Assembly: GCF_000014785.1 (NCBI RefSeq)
Contig: NC_008340.1
Span: forward strand, 1,740,001-1,772,000
Source of the DNA: Alkalilimnicola ehrlichii MLHE-1
GTDB taxonomy: Bacteria; Pseudomonadota; Gammaproteobacteria; Nitrococcales; Halorhodospiraceae
Direction: 5' to 3'
Length of the DNA: 32,000 nucleotides
Position numbers and translations under genes: made by a program. Each line of letters begins with the position of its first letter. Position 1 is the first letter of the stretch. Below are positions 9,637 through 25,400 of this stretch, in pieces. The notes under the pieces were generated by a model. The model made no database searches. It was not told where the DNA came from and worked only from the letters and a program-made list of their open reading frames with translations.

Positions 9637-9843
9637 ATGTGGTTGTCACCAGCGCGCGCCCGTTGGTTGGGGTATCTGCATCATGCGCACGCTTGCGGCC
9701 TGTCGCTGAGCGATTATGCCCAGGCGCAGGATTTGAGCCTCGCCGAGCTTTTGGGCTGGGAGCGTCACCTGGCAGCGCTCGGCATTGCGGTGCCGCAGCG
9801 CCACCGGCCGGCCCGGTTTGTGGCCGTGGCGGTGCAGCCATGA
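9637..9843 (+). CDS. IS66 TnpA-like accessory protein
   Basis: 68-aa ORF immediately upstream of and overlapping the TnpB ORF, in the typical IS66 position. Confidence 0.65.
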   Translation: MWLSPARARWLGYLHHAHACGLSLSDYAQAQDLSLAELLGWERHLAALGIAVPQRHRPARFVAVAVQP

Positions 9844-10196
9844 TCCGGCCCGATACCCAGGTCAATGTCTATCTCTGTCGCGAGCCGGTGGACATGCGCA
9901 AATCCATCGATGGCCTTTCCCTGCTCGTCCAGGAGGCGATGGCGCTCAATCCGTTCGAGCAGGCGGTGTTCGTCTTCTGCAACCGGCAGCGCGACAAGGT
10001 CAAGATCCTCGCCTGGGAGCGCAATGGCTTCGTGCTCTGGTACAAGCGCCTGGAGCAGGAGCGGTTCAAGTGGCCGGATCGGCTGCAGGGCGACACCCTG
10101 ACCCTTTCCGGGCAGGAACTGAACTGGCTGCTGGATGGGTACGATATCGCGTTGATGCGCCCCCATAAAGCGTTGCATTATCAGGCCGTTGGTTGA
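9840..10196 (+). CDS. tnpB: IS66 TnpB (IS66 Orf2-like)
   Basis: VYLCREPVDMRKSIDGLSLLVQEAM...VFVFCNRQRDKVKILAWERNGFVLWYKRLEQERFKWP. Confidence 0.93.
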   Translation: MIRPDTQVNVYLCREPVDMRKSIDGLSLLVQEAMALNPFEQAVFVFCNRQRDKVKILAWERNGFVLWYKRLEQERFKWPDRLQGDTLTLSGQELNWLLDGYDIALMRPHKALHYQAVG

Positions 10197-10240
10197 TCTT
10201 TTTGCTTTTGGAGGGGGCCTGATTCTGCTATAATTGGGCC

Positions 10241-11833
10241 ATGAAATCAGCGGCCATTCAACCAGATAGGGATGTCTCCCGCCTACAGCGTCAGGTCGCT
10301 GAGCTGGAGAAAAAGCTCGCCGAAAAGGACGCCCTGTTGGCCACCAAGGAAGCCCACTGGGCTGCCCGCGAGTGCTCCATGTTCGAGCAGATCCGGCTGC
10401 TGCTCGACAGCCGTTTCGGCCCCTCCACCGAACGCTACCACGTCGATCAGCAGCAACTGCAGTTCGACGAGGCCGAGCAGTATGCCGATGCACCGGTCAC
10501 CGAACCGGAGGCAGAGGCCGCTCAAGCCGGCGAGACGGCCCCGAGCGTGCCGGCCAAGCGCCGGAACCGTGGCGGCCGCGTGCGGCTGCCCGCGGAACTG
10601 CCACGGGTCGAGGTGGTGCACGATATCCCCGAGGCACAGCGCTACTGCCCGCATGGCGGCAGCGAGCTGACCTGTATCGGCGAAGAGGTCACCGAGCAAC
10701 TGGATGTCATCCCCGCCCGGGTGCAGGTCCGCCGCCACATCCGCCGCAAGTACGCCTGCAGATGCTGCGAAGAAGGCGTGCACACCGCAAGCATGCCGCC
10801 GCAACCGCTGCCCTGGAGCATGGCCAGCCCCGGATTGCTGGCCTACATCGCCACCGCCAAGTATGAATACGGGCTGCCGCTCTACCGCCAGGCCAAGGGC
10901 TTCGAGCGCAAGGGCATCCCGCTGCCGCGTAACACCCTGGCGCGCTGGATGGTGGGCATCGGCGAGCTGCTCACCCCGCTGGGGCAGGCCCTGCAGGACC
11001 ATCTACTGGCCCAGCCGCTCATCCACATGGATGAGACCACGGTCCAGGTGAACACCGAGCCGGGGCGAACGGCCTCCAGCACCTCCTACATGTGGGTCCA
11101 GCGCGGTGGCCCGCCCGGTGAGCAGGTGGTGCGCTACGACTACGACACCAGCCGCTCCGGCCGGGTCCCCCGCCGCCTGCTCGGCGACTATGCCGGCGTG
11201 CTGGTCACCGACGGCTACGAGGGCTATGCCCAGGTGGTGCGGGAGAATGGCATCACCCATGCCGGCTGCTGGGCGCATGCCCGGCGGAAGTTTGTCGAGG
11301 CCCAGAAGGTCCAGCCCAAGGGCAAGACCGGCAAGGCCGACTGGGCGCTGAGCCTGATCGGCAAGCTTTACCGCGTCGAGCGCGAAGGCAAAACCCTGGA
11401 CCCGGAGGATCGCCTGGTGCTGCGTCAGCGCCAGAGCCGGCCGCTGATCGACAAACTCCAGCGCTGGCTGGAGAAGTCCATCACCCAGGTGCCGCCGAAG
11501 ACCGCCATCGGCAAGGCCCTACGCTATCTCCAGACCCAGTGGCCCCGGCTGACCCGCTTTCTCGATGATGGGCGAATCCCACTGGATAACAATCCGGCGG
11601 AGAACGCCATCCGACCCTTCGTAGTGGGTCGAAAGAACTGGCTATTCAGTCACACCACCCAGGGCGCGTCGGCCAGCGCGATGATCTATAGCGTGATAGA
11701 GACGGCCAAGGCCAACGGGCTGGAGCCCTACGAGTACCTGGAAGATGTCCTTACCCGCCTGCCGGCTGCGGACACCGACCAGGCGATTCACGCCCTGCTG
11801 CCCTGGAACTGGGGGAAGACCATACAGGCCTGA
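10241..11833 (+). CDS. tnpC: IS66-family transposase TnpC
   Basis: 530 aa with coiled coil N-terminus, zinc-finger-like CPHGGSELTCIGEEVTEQLDVIPA, IHMDETTVQV, LVTDGYEGY, GCWAHARRKF, DNNPAENAIRPFVVGRKNWLFS. Confidence 0.95.
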   Translation: MKSAAIQPDRDVSRLQRQVAELEKKLAEKDALLATKEAHWAARECSMFEQIRLLLDSRFGPSTERYHVDQQQLQFDEAEQYADAPVTEPEAEAAQAGETAPSVPAKRRNRGGRVRLPAELPRVEVVHDIPEAQRYCPHGGSELTCIGEEVTEQLDVIPARVQVRRHIRRKYACRCCEEGVHTASMPPQPLPWSMASPGLLAYIATAKYEYGLPLYRQAKGFERKGIPLPRNTLARWMVGIGELLTPLGQALQDHLLAQPLIHMDETTVQVNTEPGRTASSTSYMWVQRGGPPGEQVVRYDYDTSRSGRVPRRLLGDYAGVLVTDGYEGYAQVVRENGITHAGCWAHARRKFVEAQKVQPKGKTGKADWALSLIGKLYRVEREGKTLDPEDRLVLRQRQSRPLIDKLQRWLEKSITQVPPKTAIGKALRYLQTQWPRLTRFLDDGRIPLDNNPAENAIRPFVVGRKNWLFSHTTQGASASAMIYSVIETAKANGLEPYEYLEDVLTRLPAADTDQAIHALLPWNWGKTIQA

Positions 11834-11950
11834 GACCGAGCTCGGTAGGTGGGCGGGGTGGACCGCTTACTTCGGGACCTGTCGGAAGAAGCTTCGGGTT
11901 GAGTAGTGTCGGGCCATGTCTCCCTCCCCAGCCGTCCTGCCAGAATCTCC

Positions 11951-11990
11951 TTGGATTATACGGGACGATGCAGTACATTACAGTACATTT
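11951..11990 (+). promoter_or_regulatory. Candidate promoter/operator of the defence-like operon
   Basis: TTGGAT (11951-11956), 17-bp spacer, TACATT (11974-11979), overlapping the tandem direct repeat CAGTACATTA-CAGTACATTT (11971-11990), just upstream of an RHH-type ORF. Confidence 0.5.
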
Positions 11991-12014
11991 GCAGCCACCC
12001 TGCGAAGGACCCTG

Positions 12015-12209
12015 ATGGCCACCACTAAGACCGCGACCGTGACCTTCCGCATTGATCCAGCCGTGAAGGAGGGGCTCCGTACCGCTGCCGCCCGGGAGCA
12101 CCGCTCCATTGCCAACATGGTGGAGGTGTTGATCCGGGATTATTGCGGGCGCAACGGCATTGCAATCCCCGAGAACAACGAACGGCCGCATGGAAAAGAC
12201 AACACATGA
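12015..12209 (+). CDS. Ribbon-helix-helix/CopG-like small DNA-binding protein (possible operon regulator)
   Basis: 64 aa: MATTKTATVTFRIDPAVKEGLRTAAAREHRSIANMVEVLIRDYC, beta-strand + two-helix RHH pattern. Its TGA overlaps the ATG of the next gene (ATGA at 12206). Confidence 0.75.
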   Translation: MATTKTATVTFRIDPAVKEGLRTAAAREHRSIANMVEVLIRDYCGRNGIAIPENNERPHGKDNT

Positions 12210-15097
12210 CGATCACGGCCCACCACGCCAAATACTATGCCTATGACCTGACGCGTCAGGCCCCTCCCGGCGCGGCGGACCAGCTCTCCATGTCGCTGTT
12301 CGATGCGTCGGTCGATCTGAACCCCCATCAGATCGAGGCAGCGATGTTCGCCCTGCAGTCCCCGCTCTCCGAGGGAGTCGTGCTTGCGGACGAGGTGGGC
12401 CTGGGCAAGACCATCGAGGCGGGCATCGTGCTGTGCCAGCGGTGGGCGGAGCGCCGCCGGCGCCTGCTGGTGATTTGTCCCGCTGCGATACGCAAGCAGT
12501 GGGCCACCGAGTTGCAGGAGAAATTCAACCTGCCCGCTGTGGTAATGGATTCCCGCGCCTACCGGCAATTCCAGCAACAGGGCCAACCACGGCCATTCGA
12601 GCAGCGGGCCGTGATCCTGGTCTCCTACCACTATGCGGCTCGTATGCAGGACGACCTGCGTATGGTGCGCTGGGAGCTGGTGGTCATTGATGAAGCCCAC
12701 AAGCTGCGCAATGCCTACCGGCCCAGCAACAAAGTGGGCCAAGCCATTCGCTGGGCCACCGAAGGCCGCCGCAAACTGCTTTTGACCGCTACGCCATTGC
12801 AGAACAGCCTGATGGAGCTGTACGGGCTGGCGAGCCTGATCGATGATCACATCTTCGGCGATCCCAACGCCTTCCGTTCCCAGTACGTCAATGCCGGTGG
12901 CGATCTGGCCGGGCTGCGCCAGCGTCTGGCGGGCTTTTGCAAACGCACCTTGCGCCAGGAGGTGCTTGAGTATGTGCGCTACACTGAGCGCCGGGCGCTG
13001 ACCCAACCCTTCCGGCCAACTGATGCCGAGCAGAAACTCTACGACCGCATCTCCGAGTTTCTGCAGCGGGAAAACACCTACGCCATTCCCGACCGTCAGC
13101 GCCACCTGATCGTGCTGATCCTGCGCAAGCTGTTGGCCTCCAGCTCAAACGCGATCGCCGGCACTCTCGAGAGCCTTCGCGACCGGCTGATCGACCTGCG
13201 CGACAGTGAGCAACTGGAGCTGGACTGGAGCAGCCAACTGATCGAAAGCGAGGAAATGGAAACCGAGCTGCTGGACGAGTGGCTGCCGCCGGAGGAGAAC
13301 GGCGAGGCCAATGGTAAGACCGAAGACAATCGTCCGGAACCGAAGAAGCTGCGCGATGAAATCAGCGAGATCGACAGTCTGGCCAAGGCTGCCCGCGCCA
13401 TTGGTGTGGATGCCAAATCCTGCGCACTGCTCACCGCGCTCGATGTCGGTTTCCAGGAGATGGGTCGAATGGGGGCGCGGGAAAAGGCGTTGATCTTCAC
13501 CGAATCCCGCCGAACCCAGGACTATCTGAAAGACTATCTGGAGCAGAACGGTTATGCCGGGGAGGTGCTGCTGTTCAACGGCACCAATGCCGGCCCTGAA
13601 GCCAAGGCCATCTACGAGAACTGGGTCGGCAAAAACCAGGAAAGCGGCCGCGCCACCGGTTCCCGCGCCATCGATGCCCGGCTGGCGCTGGTGGAGCATT
13701 TCCGCGACAACGCCAAAATCATGATTGCCACGGAAGCAGCGGCGGAAGGCGTCAACCTGCAGTTCTGCTCGCTGGTGATCAATTACGACCTGCCCTGGAA
13801 CCCCCAGCGTATCGAACAGCGCATTGGTCGCTGTCACCGTTACGGCCAGCAGCACGATGTGATCGTGGTCAACTTCCTCAACGAGCGCAACGAGGCAGAC
13901 CAGCGCGTGCATGAGTTGTTGACGGAGAAGTTCAGTCTCTTCAACGGTCTGTTTGGTGCATCCGATGAAGTGCTGGGCCAGCTTGAGTCTGGCGTCGATT
14001 TCGAGAAGCGCATCCTCGCCATCTACCAGCAGTGCCGCACCTCGGATGAAATCGAAACCGCCTTTCGCCAGCTCCAAGAAGTACTGGAGGAGCAGATCAA
14101 GAGCCGCATCCAGGAAACCCGCCAGACCCTGCTGGAGCATTTCGACGAAGACGTGCACGCCCGGCTGCGCTTGCGGCTGGAAGACGCCCAGGCCCAGCTC
14201 GACCGCATCGGCCAGCGTTTCTGGCAAGTCACCGGGCACATACTGGATGGCCGCGCACGCTTTGATGATGCCAGGCTGGTCTTCGATCTCCACGAGCCGC
14301 CAAAGGCCGACATCCGGCCTGGCCGCTACCACCTGATCTCCAAGACGCGCAGTGGTGAGCAGGGCGAATCGCCGGACTACGGCTACTACCTGTACCGCCT
14401 CTCCCATCCGCTGGGCGAGCACGTCATCGAATCGGCCAAGCAGCAGCCGACGCCCACAGCGCATCTGCGCTTCAACATCACCGTCCATCCGGGGCGCATT
14501 GCCCTGGTGGAAGCACTCAAGGGTAAGTCCGGTTGGCTGACATTGGCTCGGCTGACCATCGAATCTTTCGAAACCGAGGAATACCTGCTGTTCTCCGGCA
14601 TCGACGACGAAGGCCGCTCGCTGGACAATGAAACCTGCGCCAAGCTGTTTAACGTCGCCGCTGACAATCGTGGCCCGGCGGACTTGCCCGCCGAGGTGGA
14701 GCAGCGCCTTGCCGCTGAGCTTGCCCAACACCAGCGCGCCACTGCGAACCGCTCGCTGGAGGCCAACAACCAGCACTTCAACGCCGCCCGCGAACGCCTG
14801 GAACAATGGGCGGAAGACAAGATGCTGGCCACCGAGAAAACGCTCAAGGACACAAAAGAACAGATCAAGGCCCTGCGCCGTCAGGCCCGACAGGCCGAAA
14901 CCCTGGAAGATCAGCACGACATCCAGGAACGTCTGAAACAACTCGAGCAGCGCCAGCGCAAGCAGCGCCGGGACATCTTCAAGGTGGAAGACGAAATCGA
15001 AGAACAGCGCGACAGCCTCATTGCCGCGCTGGAAAAACGCCTTGCCCGAGACCAGCGTAGTGAGCGCCTGTTTACGCTGCGCTGGTCCGTCGTATGA
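12206..15097 (+). CDS. SNF2-family DEAD/DEAH-box helicase
   Basis: [100 protein letters not shown]; long C-terminal coiled coil ([38 protein letters not shown]...). Confidence 0.93.
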   Translation: MTITAHHAKYYAYDLTRQAPPGAADQLSMSLFDASVDLNPHQIEAAMFALQSPLSEGVVLADEVGLGKTIEAGIVLCQRWAERRRRLLVICPAAIRKQWATELQEKFNLPAVVMDSRAYRQFQQQGQPRPFEQRAVILVSYHYAARMQDDLRMVRWELVVIDEAHKLRNAYRPSNKVGQAIRWATEGRRKLLLTATPLQNSLMELYGLASLIDDHIFGDPNAFRSQYVNAGGDLAGLRQRLAGFCKRTLRQEVLEYVRYTERRALTQPFRPTDAEQKLYDRISEFLQRENTYAIPDRQRHLIVLILRKLLASSSNAIAGTLESLRDRLIDLRDSEQLELDWSSQLIESEEMETELLDEWLPPEENGEANGKTEDNRPEPKKLRDEISEIDSLAKAARAIGVDAKSCALLTALDVGFQEMGRMGAREKALIFTESRRTQDYLKDYLEQNGYAGEVLLFNGTNAGPEAKAIYENWVGKNQESGRATGSRAIDARLALVEHFRDNAKIMIATEAAAEGVNLQFCSLVINYDLPWNPQRIEQRIGRCHRYGQQHDVIVVNFLNERNEADQRVHELLTEKFSLFNGLFGASDEVLGQLESGVDFEKRILAIYQQCRTSDEIETAFRQLQEVLEEQIKSRIQETRQTLLEHFDEDVHARLRLRLEDAQAQLDRIGQRFWQVTGHILDGRARFDDARLVFDLHEPPKADIRPGRYHLISKTRSGEQGESPDYGYYLYRLSHPLGEHVIESAKQQPTPTAHLRFNITVHPGRIALVEALKGKSGWLTLARLTIESFETEEYLLFSGIDDEGRSLDNETCAKLFNVAADNRGPADLPAEVEQRLAAELAQHQRATANRSLEANNQHFNAARERLEQWAEDKMLATEKTLKDTKEQIKALRRQARQAETLEDQHDIQERLKQLEQRQRKQRRDIFKVEDEIEEQRDSLIAALEKRLARDQRSERLFTLRWSVV

Positions 15098-15158
15098 CGG
15101 ACAACAACGGCAACCAGAATCAAGCAATCAACGAAAACACGACAAGGACTATCGCAGC

Positions 15159-18388
<3,230 letters not shown>

Positions 18389-18392
<4 letters not shown>

Positions 18393-21220
18393 GCCAGAAC
18401 CTTACACCCGTGAACAACGAATGGCGTTTTCCCGGTGCCCGCTGGTGGAGCTTCGACTTTCACACGCATACGCCCGCGTCCAGTGACTATGGGAAAGGAC
18501 CAGATCAGGCGGAATTGAGAGAGATAACGCCGGAAGAATGGTTGCTCAAGTTTATGCGGGCAGAGATTGACTGCGTCGCGGTCACTGACCACAACTCAGG
18601 CGATTGGATTGATCGGCTAAAGGCTGCGCTAGACCATCTCCGCGAGCAGCAGCACGCGGATTATCGGCCCCTCTGGCTCTTTCCAGGTGTCGAAATTACA
18701 GCCAATGGAAATATCCATATTCTGGCCATCTTTGATCCAGCCAAGGATGGTGCGGATGTCAGTGCGCTGCTGGGGGCGGTCGGCAATCACGGCAACCGGG
18801 GGGAGAGCAACCGTGCCGTGAACGCTTCCCCAATCGAAGTGATTCAGAGAGTCGTAGAAGCCAGTGCGTTGCCCGTGCTGGCCCACGTAGACGGCCCTTC
18901 CGGCGCCTGGGAGCTAGGCGGCAATACATTAACGCCCTTGCTTGAGTGTGAAGGCCTATTTGCAATGGAGGTGGTTAACCAATGCTCGGAAAAGCCTGCA
19001 CTATACGGTCAGAAGCACCTGCGCTGGGCAGAAGTGCTGGGGTCTGACGCGCATCACCCTTCCGGCCCCGACGGTGCGCGCTATCCGGGTTCGCATTGGA
19101 CCTGGGTAAAAATGGCGCAACCATCGCTGGAAGGCTTGCGCCTTGCCTTGCTTGATGGTGAAGGGTTCTCCATTCGCCGCAGTGATGATCCGGAACCGTT
19201 CGACCCAAACGCGCTGCCTGAGAATTTTATCGAGTCAGTAGAAATTGACGATGCCCGCTATATGGGGCGTGGTCAGCCGGAAACCCTTTCCTTCAGCCCG
19301 TGGTTCAACGCGCTGGTAGGCGGGCGGGGGACAGGAAAATCGACCATCGTGCACGCACTGCGGCTGGTGTTGAGGCGCGAGAATGAGTTGCAAGCCCTGG
19401 AGCAAGGCAGCGAGCCGCGCCGTACTTTCGAAAAATTCAGTCGCGTAGCACGTGGGCGAGACGACGATGGTGCGCTTACGCTGGATACCCATGTGGCACT
19501 GACCTTTATTAGGGACGGCACACGTTATCGCGTGTACTGGCGTCAAGATGGCTCGGGTTCGATCGTCGAAGAACGAAAAGATGGTGAGTGGCGTGAATCG
19601 GATAATCAGGCGGTGATTCCCGAGCGTTTCCCCATCCGGCTGTTCAGCCAGGGCCAGATCGCGGCACTAGCCGGCGGAAGCCATCAGGCGCTGCTCGATT
19701 TGATCGATGAAGCGGCGGGAGTGGATGCCGAACAAACCGCGCTGCGTGAGGCACGGCAGACCTATTTGTCTCTACGCGCCAAAGCGCGTGAACTGGAAGG
19801 CCGGCTTCAAGGGCGTGATGCACTGAAGGTCCGCTTGGAAGACGTGCAGCGGAAATTGAAGAAGTTCGAGGAAGCCCATCACGCCCATGTGCTAAAGGCG
19901 TATCAGCGTCGATCCCGACAGGAACGGGAAGTTAACCGCCAGTTTGAATCGGTTGCTGAAATTGTGGGCCGTGTTCGTGAACTCGCAGAAGAATTGGCGG
20001 CGGAGGATGTCCCGGAGCAACTGTTCGATGAGCAGAACGAACAGGACAAGGAGGCGCTGGCCCTCGTGTCGGGTCTCCATCAGGCGATTGAATCCGCCAC
20101 GAAGGCGTTGAAGGGCACGGCCAATGACTTGGCGGCCACGGTCCGGAAAGAGCGGGAAAAACTCCCGGATACTGACTGGCAGCAGGCAGTGAGCAAGGCG
20201 CGGACCGATTACGAGAAACTTGTCAGGGATCTAAAGGAACAGGGTGTCGCGGATCCTAGCGAGTATGGCCAGTTGGTACAGGAGCGGCAGCGGCTGGAAA
20301 ACCAGTGGAAGGAATTGGAGTCGTTAGCCGCGCAGCGCAGCCGAGTCCTGGATCAGGCCGAAACCCAGCTCGAGTCGGTTGTAGCGGCTCGGCGGGCGCT
20401 CAGCGAGCGGCGGGAAGCCTTTCTTGAGGAGAGTCTGGCCGATAACGAATATGTGCAGATCAACCTGAAGCCTTACGGCCAAGATGTCCGTGCCATGGAA
20501 CGAAGCTTGCGAGAATTGTTGGGCGCGGAAGGCTCAAAATTCGAAGCGGATATACTGATTGAAGAAGATAGCCAGCCTGCCAAGGGGATTGTCGCTGAAC
20601 TGATTAAACAGTTACCTGATGATCTTACTCAGGCAAAAGGGGAACTTGAACGAAGGGTCGGCCAAATCAAACGGCGCCTGAATGAATCCTGCCGGGGCAA
20701 CGGCATTTTCGGTGGTCACTTCAACAACTTCCTTTCCAAGCAGGCGAGTAATCGCCCTGAGTATGTCGATCACATAATGATGTGGTATCCGGACGATGGC
20801 TTGGATGTGAGGTACAGTCAAAAAGGCGATGGGCGGGATTTCAAATCCATTGAACAGGCATCGGCAGGTCAACGCGCGGCTGCGATGCTGGCATTTCTGC
20901 TGGCCTACGGCTCTGAACCGATTGTGCTGGATCAGCCAGAAGATGATCTCGATAATCACCTGATTTACAACCTGGTGGTTCGCCAATTGCGTGAAAACAA
21001 GCGGCGGCGGCAGATTATTTCCGTAACGCATAATCCCAACATTGTGGTCAATGGGGATGCCGAAATGCTCCACGCACTGGATTTTCGCGGCGGCCAGTGT
21101 CGGGTGATCGAAAAAGGCTCGCTACAGGAAGAAGCCATGCGCGATGAGGTTTGCCATGTCATGGAGGGCGGCCGCGATGCATTCGAGCGGCGTTATCGTC
21201 GTTTGGGCAAGGAGGTATAG
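18389..21220 (+). CDS. PHP-domain + AAA/SMC-like ATPase protein (TrlF-like; resembles the Ppl defence protein architecture)
   Basis: PHP metal motifs [48 protein letters not shown]; Walker [18 protein letters not shown]; long coiled coil; Walker B-like [20 protein letters not shown] and [20 protein letters not shown] overlap with the upstream methyltransferase. Confidence 0.88.
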
Positions 21221-21223
21221 GGC

Positions 21224-22495
21224 ATGTTTGATACCGCGGCTGCGCTCTTGGAGAAGATACAGCTTGGGGAAGATTCCTTCCTTGAGCTGAAGGAGGTTCG
21301 GATCGCCGGGAAGCGAGTGACCGCACCACATCGCAACTCACTGGTGGACGAATTGGCAGCGTTTGCGAATGCCAAGGGCGGTGTCTGTGTGCTCGGTGTG
21401 GATGATGCAACGCGAGAAATTCTCGGGATTCCGCGAGACAAGCTGGACCTTGTGACTGACTATGTCCGGCAGACCTGCCTGGACTCAGTGACACCACCGT
21501 TGACCCCAGTTATTGAGCGGCTACTTCTGCCTACGACCACCGGTGACGAGGTGGCCGTATTGAAGGTGGAAATCGGTCGCAGCTTGTGGGTGCATCGCAG
21601 CCCCGGCGGCTATATGCATCGGGTGGGTGATGAAAAGCGTGAAATGGCGCCGGACTTCCTCGCCCGACTGTTTCAGCAGCGCAGTCAGGCCCGAATCATT
21701 CGCTTTGACGAGCAGCCAGTGCCGAATGCCACCCTGGATGACTTGAATGAGGCGCTTTGGCAACGATTCGCAACCGCACGTACCCGGGATAACCGCGATG
21801 ACCTGCTGCGAAAGCTCGGCATGGCCCGCATGGATGACGATGTCTTGCGCCCGTCGGTGGCGGGTATCCTTCTGGCTTCCGATGATCCTCGCCATTGGCT
21901 GCCCAATGCGTTTATTCAGGCGGTCGCCTACCGGGGTACTGAAATTCGACCGGTAGGCGACCAAGCGTACCAGCTTGATGCAGCAGATCTCACCGGGCCT
22001 TTGGATCAACAGGTGCTTTCTGCCTGCCATTTTGTCAGCAAAAATATGCGAGTCGCCGCGTCCAAAAGCGTGGGCCGAGAGGATGTTCCTCAGTTTGATA
22101 TGACAGCCGTATTCGAGGCCATCGTCAACGCGGTCGCGCATCGTGACTACGCTATGCAGGACGCCAAGATCCGGTTGCGCGTATTCGCAGACCGCATGGA
22201 ACTGTACTCCCCCGGAGCCATCCCTAACACCATGACGGTGGATAGCCTACCGTACCGCCAGGCTGCACGGAATGAAACGATTACCAGTTTGCTGGCGAAA
22301 TGTCGGGTGCCGGATGAAGGCGGGCTGGGAACAGGCCGATCCACCATGATGGATAAGCGGGGCGAAGGCGTGTCCATCATCCTTCAAAATAGTGAAATGC
22401 TGTCCGGTCGTGTCCCGGAATACAGCCTGGTTGATGATAGTGAGCTCCGCCTGGTGATTTACGCACCAGCGGAAACGGATGGAGGGGAAGACTGA
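21224..22495 (+). CDS. AlbA_2/Schlafen-like DNA-binding + RecG-like ATP-binding (HATPase_c_4-type) protein
   Basis: [12 protein letters not shown]...[81 protein letters not shown]. Confidence 0.85.
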   Translation: MFDTAAALLEKIQLGEDSFLELKEVRIAGKRVTAPHRNSLVDELAAFANAKGGVCVLGVDDATREILGIPRDKLDLVTDYVRQTCLDSVTPPLTPVIERLLLPTTTGDEVAVLKVEIGRSLWVHRSPGGYMHRVGDEKREMAPDFLARLFQQRSQARIIRFDEQPVPNATLDDLNEALWQRFATARTRDNRDDLLRKLGMARMDDDVLRPSVAGILLASDDPRHWLPNAFIQAVAYRGTEIRPVGDQAYQLDAADLTGPLDQQVLSACHFVSKNMRVAASKSVGREDVPQFDMTAVFEAIVNAVAHRDYAMQDAKIRLRVFADRMELYSPGAIPNTMTVDSLPYRQAARNETITSLLAKCRVPDEGGLGTGRSTMMDKRGEGVSIILQNSEMLSGRVPEYSLVDDSELRLVIYAPAETDGGED

Positions 22496-22497
22496 GC

Positions 22498-25400
22498 ATG
22501 CCGCCTCGTAGACGCAACAACCGGCCGCAGGTGCCGTTCGCCTACAAGCTGGTGCTGAACCAGTGGCTGTTCAGCCTGTTTGGGCTGGCGTCCACTGACG
22601 GCTTCTTTACCTGGAACGGAAAGCGCCTGCCGTTACTGGAAGCCTTCAAGCAGAAGTTTCAGTTGAGCGAAGACAGCGCCGGCGGGTTGGACGAGAACAA
22701 CATCCACCGCTTCCACACGGCCCTGACCAACCAGACCGACCCGCTGCCCGAACTGCCGGCCGATCTATTGCTCGAGTATGACCAGAATATCGTCCGTCAT
22801 ACCCAGCGTTTGAACGAGCGCCGGCTGGCGCGCGGCGAAGAGGCTATCGCCTGGAAGTACTTCCAGTACCTGTCGCTGCTGTTCACCGAAATCTATCTGG
22901 ACCGTTATTTCTCCGATGCGGATGCCTTGCTGGCCTCGATCAACGAACAGATTGAGCGCTACAACGCGGACAAGCCGGAACCGGACCAGGTCCCAAATCT
23001 GGATCCGGAAGGCGATGTCACCGGGCAGTTGAACAAGCTGGCCTTCTGGAGCGCCACCGGCTCCGGTAAGACGCTGATCATGCACGCCAATATCCTGCAA
23101 TATCAGCACTACCTGACCAAGCACCGCCGCCGCCGCGAGCTCAACCGGATCATCCTGTTGACGCCCAACGAAGGGTTGAGCCAGCAACACCTGCGAGATT
23201 TCCAGGCTGCCGGGATCGAGGCGGAGTTGTTCGACAAGAACGGTCGCGGGCTGTTCGCCGGGCAGGCTGTCGAGATCATCGACATCAATAAACTGCGCGA
23301 CGAGATGGGCGATAAGACGGTTGCCGTCGATGCCTTCGAGAACAACAACCTCGTGCTGATCGATGAAGGGCATCGGGGTGCCAGTTCCGGTGAGACCGGC
23401 ACCTGGATGCGCTTTCGCAATGCATTGTGCGAGCAGGGTTTTTCCTTCGAATACTCCGCCACTTTCGGCCAGGCGGTAAAGCGCAGCTCCCAACTGGCGG
23501 CCCAGTACGAGCGTTGCGTGCTTTTCGACTATTCCTACAAGTATTTCTATGGCGACGGCTATGGCAAGGACTACCAGATCCTGAACCTGGACCCGCAGAC
23601 CCAGGAAAACACTATGGAGGTTTACCTGGTGGCCTGCTTGCTGTCTTTCTTCCAGCAGCTGCGCTTGTATCGCGAACAGGCTGTGGCTTGCCGGCCGTTC
23701 AATATTGAGAAGCCGTTGTGGATCTTCGTCGGCGGCCGGGTCACCGCGTCTCTTTCGACCAAGGATGCCTCCGACATTGTTGAGATTCTGCGCTTTTTGG
23801 CGCGCTTTCTCGGTGATCGTGCCGGGAGTACGGCGCGCATCCGGCGGGTGCTGGAGGAAGGCTTGATTGCTGCCGATGGGCGCAATCTATTTGCCCGGCG
23901 TTTTGCCTACCTGAACGGATTGGGGCTTTCGGCCGAGCAACTGTTCGAGGAAGTACAGGCCAGCCTCTTCAATGCCGCAGGGGGCGGCGCGCTGCACGTG
24001 GAGAACCTGAAGGGTGTCCCGGGGGAAATCGCTTTGCGCGTTGGCGACAATGAGCCGTTCGGCGTGATCAATGTCGGCAATGACAGCAGACTGTGCTCGC
24101 TCTGTGAGAACGAAGACGGGCTGCTGGTCGGTGATCGGGATTTCAAGGGCTCCCTGTTCCAGTCCATCAATGCTCCCGATTCGTCTGTCAATGTACTGAT
24201 CGGCTCCAAGAAGTTCACCGAAGGCTGGAACAGTTGGCGCGTCAGTACCATGGGGCTGATGAATGTGGGCAGCACGGAGGGTTCGCAGATCATCCAGCTT
24301 TTTGGCCGCGGGGTGCGCCTGAAGGGTTATGACGGCAGCCTGAAGCGCAGTGCCAGGGTGAACCTCCCGGAGGATGTCGCGCGGCCAGGACACCTGCCGA
24401 CACTCGAAACCCTGAATATCTTCGGCATCAAGGCCGACTACATGGCCCAGTTCCGCGAGTTTCTCGAAGAAGAGGGGCTGCCGTCTAACGAGGAGCGTAT
24501 CGAGTTCCTGCTGCCCGTGATTCGCAACCTGGGTCAGAAGCAGCTCAAGACCATTCGCTTGAAGAAGACCATCAACGGGGTAAGTACCCAGTTCGGTGAC
24601 GCCTTCAAAAAGCTCGGGCCAGTGCCGACACTGGCCCGGCCCGATCCCGCGCAGGAGGCGGCCACCCGGTATCTGCAAACCAATCCGGTTGTGCTGAATT
24701 GGTATCCCAAGATCCAGGCGATGCGCTCCAGTGGCGTCGGTGCCGTGGAGGAGGATCGTCAGCCGGATCAGGGTGCCCTGAGCAAGAGACACATCGCCTT
24801 TCTCGACCTGGACGCGCTGTATTTCGAGCTACAACGCTTCAAGGCTGAGCGGGCCTGGCACAACCTGAACCTGCCACGGGATGTGTTGCCCGAACTGCTG
24901 GCCGACCAGAGCTGGTATCGGTTGCTAATCCCGGAGTCCGAGCTGGCCTTCGATTCCTTCGAGAAGATTCACCTGTGGCAGGAACTCGCCGAGGCGCTGC
25001 TCAAGAAGTACTGTGAGCGCTACTACTCGTTCCGCAAAAAGGAATGGGAGCTGCCACACCTGGAGTATCGCTATCTGGATGCCAACGATCCGAACTTTCC
25101 TCAGGTCAATGAGGATTTCCCGGAGGGATACCACCGCATCCTGGTGGAAGAGTCTCAGACCGAGATTGTCGCCAAGCTCAAGGAGCTCAAAGCACAGATT
25201 GATGCGGGCACGCTGAAACCCTGGCAGTTTGGCGGCCTGCAAGCTATTCCATTTGGTCGCCACCTGTACGAGCCACTGTTGCATCTGGCGGGCTCAACCG
25301 TCGAGATCAGTCCCGCACCCCTGAACCAGGGCGAGAGGCGCTTCGTGGAAGACCTGAGGGACTACTGTGACTCGAAACCGGCATTACTGCAGGACAAGGA

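Larger units (their letters stand above)
9551..11870 (+). mobile_element. IS66-family-type element
   Basis: Contains tnpA-, tnpB- and tnpC-like ORFs. Terminal inverted repeats: GTAGGCGATCCAC at left, GTAAGCGGTCCAC (reverse complement) at right. No matching 8-bp flanking duplication (GCTGCTAA vs TTCGGGAC). Confidence 0.88.

Noticed and set aside
13145-15127. Long minus-strand ORF (660 aa) opposite the SNF2 helicase gene, plus similar ORFs at 12140-13105, 15438-16388 and 23887-24792
   Set aside because: They lie antisense to genes with clear catalytic motifs and their translations show no coherent domains; they look like shadow ORFs of high-GC coding sequence.
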